From positions 1-10,368 of the forward strand of contig JAYENL010000117.1 in NCBI GenBank assembly GCA_034722055.1: 10,368 nt of DNA, given 5' to 3'. Position 1 is the first letter of the stretch; each line of letters opens with the position of its first letter. Positions 6,465-10,368 of this stretch are shown here, one piece after another. A program made the position numbers and the translations under genes. Origin of the DNA: Armatimonadota bacterium. Lineage in GTDB: Bacteria; Armatimonadota; Zipacnadia; Zipacnadales; UBA5352. Under the pieces are notes generated by a model. It did not search any database and was not told where the DNA came from. It worked only from the letters and a program-made list of their open reading frames with translations.

Positions 6465-9400
6465 ATGCTCACGGCACGTGTCGTCCTGGCGCTTCTCGTC
6501 GGAAGCGCGGCAGTCGCGACGGCAATGACGCTCGACGAGTCCCACGCCACGCCGCGAGACGAGCGGCAGGTGCATGCCGCGTGGGTGGGCTTTATGCCCG
6601 CGGACGGCCAGATGGCGGAGGTGAACCCGCCGCGCTTCGCCTGGCCGTACGACCCGCAGATCGTGGCGCCGGACGGCTACGAGCGGGAGCACACCTTCAC
6701 GCTGCAGATCGCCCGCCGGGCCGACATGTCGAGGATGGTGCTGGAGGTCGAGACGCCCTGGAACTTCTACAACGCCATCCCGTCGCTGCCGGGCCGCTAC
6801 GTCTTCTGGCGCGTGGGCTATGACGTGGGCACCGAGACAGAGGCCTGGAGCCGGGTGCGCTGCTTCTCGGTCGAGCCCTGGACGCCGGAATGGGACCGCA
6901 GCATGCTGGAGGAGCTGGACCAGCACCTTCAGGGCCATCCGCGCCTGGGCTTCACGCCTCAGAACCTCGAGGCGCTACGCGCGCTGCATGAGGTGGACGA
7001 GGGCGCGGCACGCCTCTATGAAGCGCTCATCAGTCGCGCGGATGCCGCCATGGAGGAGGAGTGGTTCTCACGGATGCCCGCCGAGGACCCCATCATCCCC
7101 ATGGACCACCAGCGTGAGGCCGAGTACACCTGCGTGACCTTCCGCAATATCAGCAGAAAGATGCAGGTTATCGCCATGGCCTACATGCTCACCGGCGACG
7201 AGAAGTACCTGGCCGTCCGAGCGCCATTGGTGCAGCTCGCATCGTACCCGCCCGGCGGGGAGTCCTCGCCGGAGGGCCTGGGGCCGCGGCGCAAGTGGGC
7301 CACGATGGTCACCATGCACCTGGGCTTGTGCTACGACTGGCTCTACCCTCAGCTCACACAGCAGGAGCGAGAGACCATCGCGCACTCGCTGGACTGGCGC
7401 ATCGCACACATCCTCAACGACTTCTCGTGGCGCAGGAATGGCCGGGTCTTCTCCCGGGGGCTGGCGGGCATGGTCGGCTCTCACCAGTACCAGAACGCGC
7501 TGTGGACGCTGGTGGGCGCGCTGGCCGTGTACGACGAGTCCGAGGCCGCCGCGGAGCTGACGGAGCTGACGCTGCATTACCTCTGCGGAGTGACGAACGG
7601 CTTCGGCGCGGTGGAGTCCTGGAACGAGGGCGTGTCCTACGGGAATGGCAAGTGCGGCACGCTCCTGGACGCCGCCTGCTGGACCGCCATGACACTGCCG
7701 GAGCTGCATATCGAGCGCAACCCCTACTGGCGAAACGTGGGGGGCTTCTTCGCCTATCTGACGCCTCTGGGGATCGAGCGCTCCGCCTGGGGCAACTACG
7801 GCAAGACCGCCGCCACGCACCTGAGGCTGCACCAGCGCAACTTCCGGCGATTCGCCTTCCTCACCGGCGAGGGCCGCTTCCTGCAGAACTGGCACTCCTG
7901 CAACGAGATCCTGGGGACGAGGCCGAGCGTGTGGCAGGAGTACCTCATGCCCCACTTCTTCGAGGAGCCCCGGCCTCGGCTCGAGGGCGCCGAGCAGGCG
8001 CTGTTCAACATCGGGGGCTGGGCCATGGCACTGTCCGGCCCGCCCAGCGCCGCTGACACCTACCGCCACGGCGTGGGGATGATCTTCCACAGCCGCCCCC
8101 GCGGCGGCTACAGCCACTCCTTCAACAACGAGAACGCCTTCGAGGCCTTCGCCTACGGCTCTGTCATCGCCACCGGCGGCGGGCGTAAGGCCAATGGCGA
8201 CCGCCACGCGGACGCCACCATGAGCCACAACTCGGTGCTCGTGGACGGCCTCGGGCAGGACTTCAACCAGATGGAGCCGGCGACGGAGACCGCCGGCCGC
8301 ATCATCGCCTGGCATGCCGAGCCGGGGCTCGTCTACTGGTGCGCCGACGCCACCGAGGCCTACGAGGCCACGGCGCCCTACCTCGACCGCTTCCTTCGCC
8401 ACGTGCTCTTCGTGGATGACCGCTGCTTCGTGATCTTCGATGATCTGGCGATCCACGGCGAGCACGAGCCAGCGCGGTTCTCGTGGCTCTACCACGTGCA
8501 CCAGGACGTGCCGGTGGAGATCGACCAGAGCGCTGCGAGCTTCAGCTACACGGTCGGCGGAGCGAATGTGAAGGTGCGACATCTGCTCGGCGCCGGGACG
8601 CTGGCGATCCAGAACCTGCGCGGCGAGGACGGCTATCGCAATCCGATCACGGGCGAGGACATGCTGGAGGCGGCGCGCGGCAGCGTGGAGCGCAGCCCCC
8701 TGCGCAAGTTCAGCGGCGAGCCGGTGTGGAACAACATGTGGGTGACCAGCACGCCGCGCCGCACCTGGCAGTTCCTGGCCGCGATCCTGCCGTGGCGCGA
8801 GGGCGGCGAGGAGCCGACGGTTGAGCGGCTCGGCGAGCGGCATCTGCGCATCGAGACTGAGGCCGGGGCCCGCACCATCTTCTTCGGCAGCCCCAGCGAA
8901 CAGGAGGCGGATATCATCGTGGACTACGAGCGGACGCGACTGCTGGGCGGCGACCCCGAGCCGCCGGAGCCCGGCGAGAGTCTCTGGGAGCCGGACCTGA
9001 GCGACACCTCCGACTGGGTACTGGACGGCGAGGGCTCAGTGGAGCACCTCGCGGGCGGGGCAGTGCAGATCACCACCGAGACGCCCACCACCTACTGGGC
9101 CCCGGAGGTCTTCGAGGAGCCGGTGCTCTTCGACTTCGAGGCCCGCACCGAGGACGACAACGCCCGGGCCATCTTCTTCTTCATGGCGGAGGGCGTGAAC
9201 GGTGAGGACATCTTCACCTGGGAGCGCGAGGGCGACTACGGGGAGTACGCCTTCGAGGAGCGGATGGAGCTTTACACCGCAGGCATGCTCCGGGAGGGCT
9301 GCGGCACGGAGGCGAACTTCCGCCGCATCGGCCTGCTCACCGACGACCTGGCGATCCTGCGCACGCCGCGCGAGGAGATCCCGGAGGACCGCAAGGAGGA

Positions 9401-9656
9401 GTACGCCGAGGCCATCCGCCGCTTCCAGCCCTACTCGATCCACGACAGCGCCGTGGACGGCTACCGGCTGGGCGAGTGGATGCGGTACCAGGTCCTCGTT
9501 GATGGCGGGCTGGTGCGGGTCTTCGCCGACGGGACGCTGCTGCACGAGGTGACCTACGAGGAGCCGCTGAGGCGCGGACGCATCGGCTTCCGCAACTTCG
9601 GCCGCGGCAGCAGCCTGCAGGTCAGGGGCCTCAGCGCCAGCAGGCCGCAGCGGTAG
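6465..9656 (+). CDS. Secreted DUF4962 + heparinase II/III-like polysaccharide lyase with C-terminal YesU/DUF1961-like domain, 1063 aa
   Basis: Start ATG 6465 (MLTARVVLALLVGSAAVATA, signal peptide) within ORF 5712..9656, whose upstream part is antisense to the TPR gene. DUF4962-like N-terminus (PADG...VNPPRFAWP...FWRV). Lyase motifs GSHQ, WNEGVSYG, YSHSFNNENAF, SHNSVLVDGLGQ, FLRHVLF. C-terminal domain from about 8980 (YWAPEVF...IFFFMAEGVNGEDIF...GDYGEY...ANFRR...GRIGFRNF). Confidence 0.88.
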   Translation: MLTARVVLALLVGSAAVATAMTLDESHATPRDERQVHAAWVGFMPADGQMAEVNPPRFAWPYDPQIVAPDGYEREHTFTLQIARRADMSRMVLEVETPWNFYNAIPSLPGRYVFWRVGYDVGTETEAWSRVRCFSVEPWTPEWDRSMLEELDQHLQGHPRLGFTPQNLEALRALHEVDEGAARLYEALISRADAAMEEEWFSRMPAEDPIIPMDHQREAEYTCVTFRNISRKMQVIAMAYMLTGDEKYLAVRAPLVQLASYPPGGESSPEGLGPRRKWATMVTMHLGLCYDWLYPQLTQQERETIAHSLDWRIAHILNDFSWRRNGRVFSRGLAGMVGSHQYQNALWTLVGALAVYDESEAAAELTELTLHYLCGVTNGFGAVESWNEGVSYGNGKCGTLLDAACWTAMTLPELHIERNPYWRNVGGFFAYLTPLGIERSAWGNYGKTAATHLRLHQRNFRRFAFLTGEGRFLQNWHSCNEILGTRPSVWQEYLMPHFFEEPRPRLEGAEQALFNIGGWAMALSGPPSAADTYRHGVGMIFHSRPRGGYSHSFNNENAFEAFAYGSVIATGGGRKANGDRHADATMSHNSVLVDGLGQDFNQMEPATETAGRIIAWHAEPGLVYWCADATEAYEATAPYLDRFLRHVLFVDDRCFVIFDDLAIHGEHEPARFSWLYHVHQDVPVEIDQSAASFSYTVGGANVKVRHLLGAGTLAIQNLRGEDGYRNPITGEDMLEAARGSVERSPLRKFSGEPVWNNMWVTSTPRRTWQFLAAILPWREGGEEPTVERLGERHLRIETEAGARTIFFGSPSEQEADIIVDYERTRLLGGDPEPPEPGESLWEPDLSDTSDWVLDGEGSVEHLAGGAVQITTETPTTYWAPEVFEEPVLFDFEARTEDDNARAIFFFMAEGVNGEDIFTWEREGDYGEYAFEERMELYTAGMLREGCGTEANFRRIGLLTDDLAILRTPREEIPEDRKEEYAEAIRRFQPYSIHDSAVDGYRLGEWMRYQVLVDGGLVRVFADGTLLHEVTYEEPLRRGRIGFRNFGRGSSLQVRGLSASRPQR

Positions 9657-9661
9657 GCCGC

Positions 9662-9710
9662 CGGCCCTCGGGGCCGCCTGTGACGGGGCAGGCAGGGCCG
9701 CTCCTGCGGC
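9662..9710 (+). terminator. GC-rich hairpins after the lyase stop (possible terminator or stabiliser, no U-tract)
   Basis: CGGCCC/GGGCCG (9662-9676), GCCTG/CAGGC (9676-9693) and GCCGC/GCGGC (9697-9710). No poly-T follows, so this is not a canonical intrinsic terminator. Confidence 0.25.
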
Positions 9711-9721
9711 GGTCGCGAGGG

Positions 9722-9751
9722 TTGACGAGGGCGGCGCGGCTGTCGTATACT
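9722..9751 (+). promoter_or_regulatory. Sigma70-type promoter of the tRNA operon
   Basis: -35 TTGACG (9722-9727), 18-nt spacer, -10 TATACT (9746-9751), 27 nt upstream of tRNA-Pro. Near-consensus boxes in a GC-rich background. Confidence 0.8.
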
Positions 9752-9778
9752 GTGAAGTGGTTGTGCGGCCGGTGGGAT

Positions 9779-9855
9779 CGGGGCGTGGCGCAACTTGGTA
9801 GCGCGCCTGCTTTGGGAGCAGGAGGTCGCCGGTTCAAATCCGGTCGCCCCGACCA
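9779..9855 (+). tRNA. tRNA-Pro (anticodon TGG)
   Basis: Acceptor stem CGGGGCG/CGCCCCG, A73, encoded CCA. Anticodon arm CCTGC-TTTGGGA-GCAGG with TGG at 9813-9815. T-loop TTCAAAT. Confidence 0.97.
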
Positions 9856-9881
9856 GGTGATGGGGCCGCGGCCGAAGGGTT

Positions 9882-9956
9882 GCGGGCGTAGCTCAGCGGT
9901 AGAGCGTCAGCCTTCCAAGCTGAGGGTCGTGGGTTCAAATCCCATCGCCCGCTCCA
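9882..9956 (+). tRNA. tRNA-Gly (anticodon TCC)
   Basis: Acceptor stem GCGGGCG/CGCCCGC, U73, CCA. Anticodon arm TCAGC-CTTCCAA-GCTGA with TCC at 9914-9916. T-loop TTCAAAT. Confidence 0.97.
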
Positions 9957-10004
9957 GATGCTCCCCGGCCAGTGGCCGCATACGGGTGAGCCGGCGCGTT
10001 GCGC

Positions 10005-10080
10005 GCGCCCGTAGCTCAGTGGACAGAGCAGCGGCCTTCTAAGCCGCTGGTCGCCCGTTCGAATCGGGCCGGGCGCGCCA
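10005..10080 (+). tRNA. tRNA-Arg (anticodon TCT)
   Basis: Acceptor stem GCGCCCG/CGGGCGC, G73, CCA. A20 in the D-loop (Arg identity element). Anticodon arm GCGGC-CTTCTAA-GCCGC with TCT at 10038-10040. T-loop TTCGAAT. Confidence 0.97.
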
Positions 10081-10132
10081 TCCAGCACGTCGCTTTGCTG
10101 CCACGCCGGATGACGCAATCTGCAGACCGTGT

Positions 10133-10208
10133 GGTGGGCGTAGCTCAAAGGTAGAGCACCTGACTGTGGCTCAGGTGGTTGTGGGTTCGATTCCCATCGC
10201 CCACCCCA
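10133..10208 (+). tRNA. tRNA-His (anticodon GTG)
   Basis: Encoded G-1 (10133) opposite C73. Acceptor stem GTGGGCG/CGCCCAC, CCA at 10206-10208. Anticodon arm CCTGA-CTGTGGC-TCAGG with GTG at 10166-10168. T-loop TTCGATT. Confidence 0.97.
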
Positions 10209-10210
10209 TC

Positions 10211-10340
10211 TAACGTCAGATCACGGCAGATCACGGCAGATGACGGCAGACAAAGGCAGACAACGGCAGAATACGGCAGACAAAGGCAGATAACGGCAGA
10301 CAACGGCAGATAACGACAGCTAACGACAGAATACGGCAGG
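10211..10340. repeat. Degenerate 10-bp tandem repeat, 13 units, consensus YAACGGCAGA
   Basis: Units: TAACGTCAGA, TCACGGCAGA, TCACGGCAGA, TGACGGCAGA, CAAAGGCAGA, CAACGGCAGA, ATACGGCAGA, CAAAGGCAGA, TAACGGCAGA, CAACGGCAGA, TAACGACAGC, TAACGACAGA, ATACGGCAGG. No indels. Confidence 0.95.
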
Positions 10341-10351
10341 CGAAGTGCAGG

Positions 10352-10367
10352 GCCTCGGTCACGAGGC
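10352..10367. other. Short hairpin at the window edge (possible terminator or REP)
   Basis: GCCTCG (10352-10357), GTCA loop, CGAGGC (10362-10367). Downstream context is cut off. Confidence 0.3.
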
Positions 10368-10368
10368 A

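Noticed and set aside
774..9545. Long antisense or alternate-frame ORFs (774..1739, 2091..3659, 3983..4972, 4171..5019, 4757..6289, 5560..6258, 6255..6938, 7068..8843, 7295..8056, 9036..9545)
   Set aside because: Expected shadow ORFs of high-GC coding DNA. They overlap motif-supported genes and have no recognisable domains.
9554..10148. ORFs 9554..9793, 9631..9837, 9680..10042 and 9834..10148
   Set aside because: They are translations of the promoter and tRNA genes.
10211..10340. CRISPR array interpretation of the tandem repeat
   Set aside because: The period is 10 bp with no 25-45 nt unique spacers, and there are no cas genes in the window.
9779..10368. Prophage or genomic-island attachment site at the tRNA cluster
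   Set aside because: I saw no integrase and no duplicated tRNA 3' end within the window. It cannot be excluded beyond the right edge.

Overview
High-GC bacterial chromosomal window with seven well-supported or plausible CDSs. On the + strand: a small hypothetical protein, a secreted CBM-like/SGNH (GDSL) hydrolase and a calcineurin-like metallophosphoesterase with an atypical GNMD motif. On the - strand: a probable three-gene operon (TPR/zinc-ribbon/coiled-coil protein, iron-containing alcohol dehydrogenase, cupin). Divergent from that operon is a ~1063 aa secreted DUF4962/heparinase II-III-type polysaccharide lyase with a C-terminal YesU/DUF1961-like domain. The right end holds a sigma70-type promoter and four tRNA genes, Pro(TGG)-Gly(TCC)-Arg(TCT)-His(GTG), followed immediately by 13 degenerate copies of a 10-bp repeat. 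The most unusual signals are non-coding. Both long intergenic regions (1-250 and 2178-2723) are mosaics of mutually dissimilar hairpins, most with a GTAG-like tetranucleotide (GTGG/GGAG/GTAA/GTAC) at the foot, resembling heterogeneous REP clusters. I see no transposase, integrase, CRISPR array or defence system. Family assignments come from motif recognition by eye, not database searches, and I cannot claim a new system with confidence.
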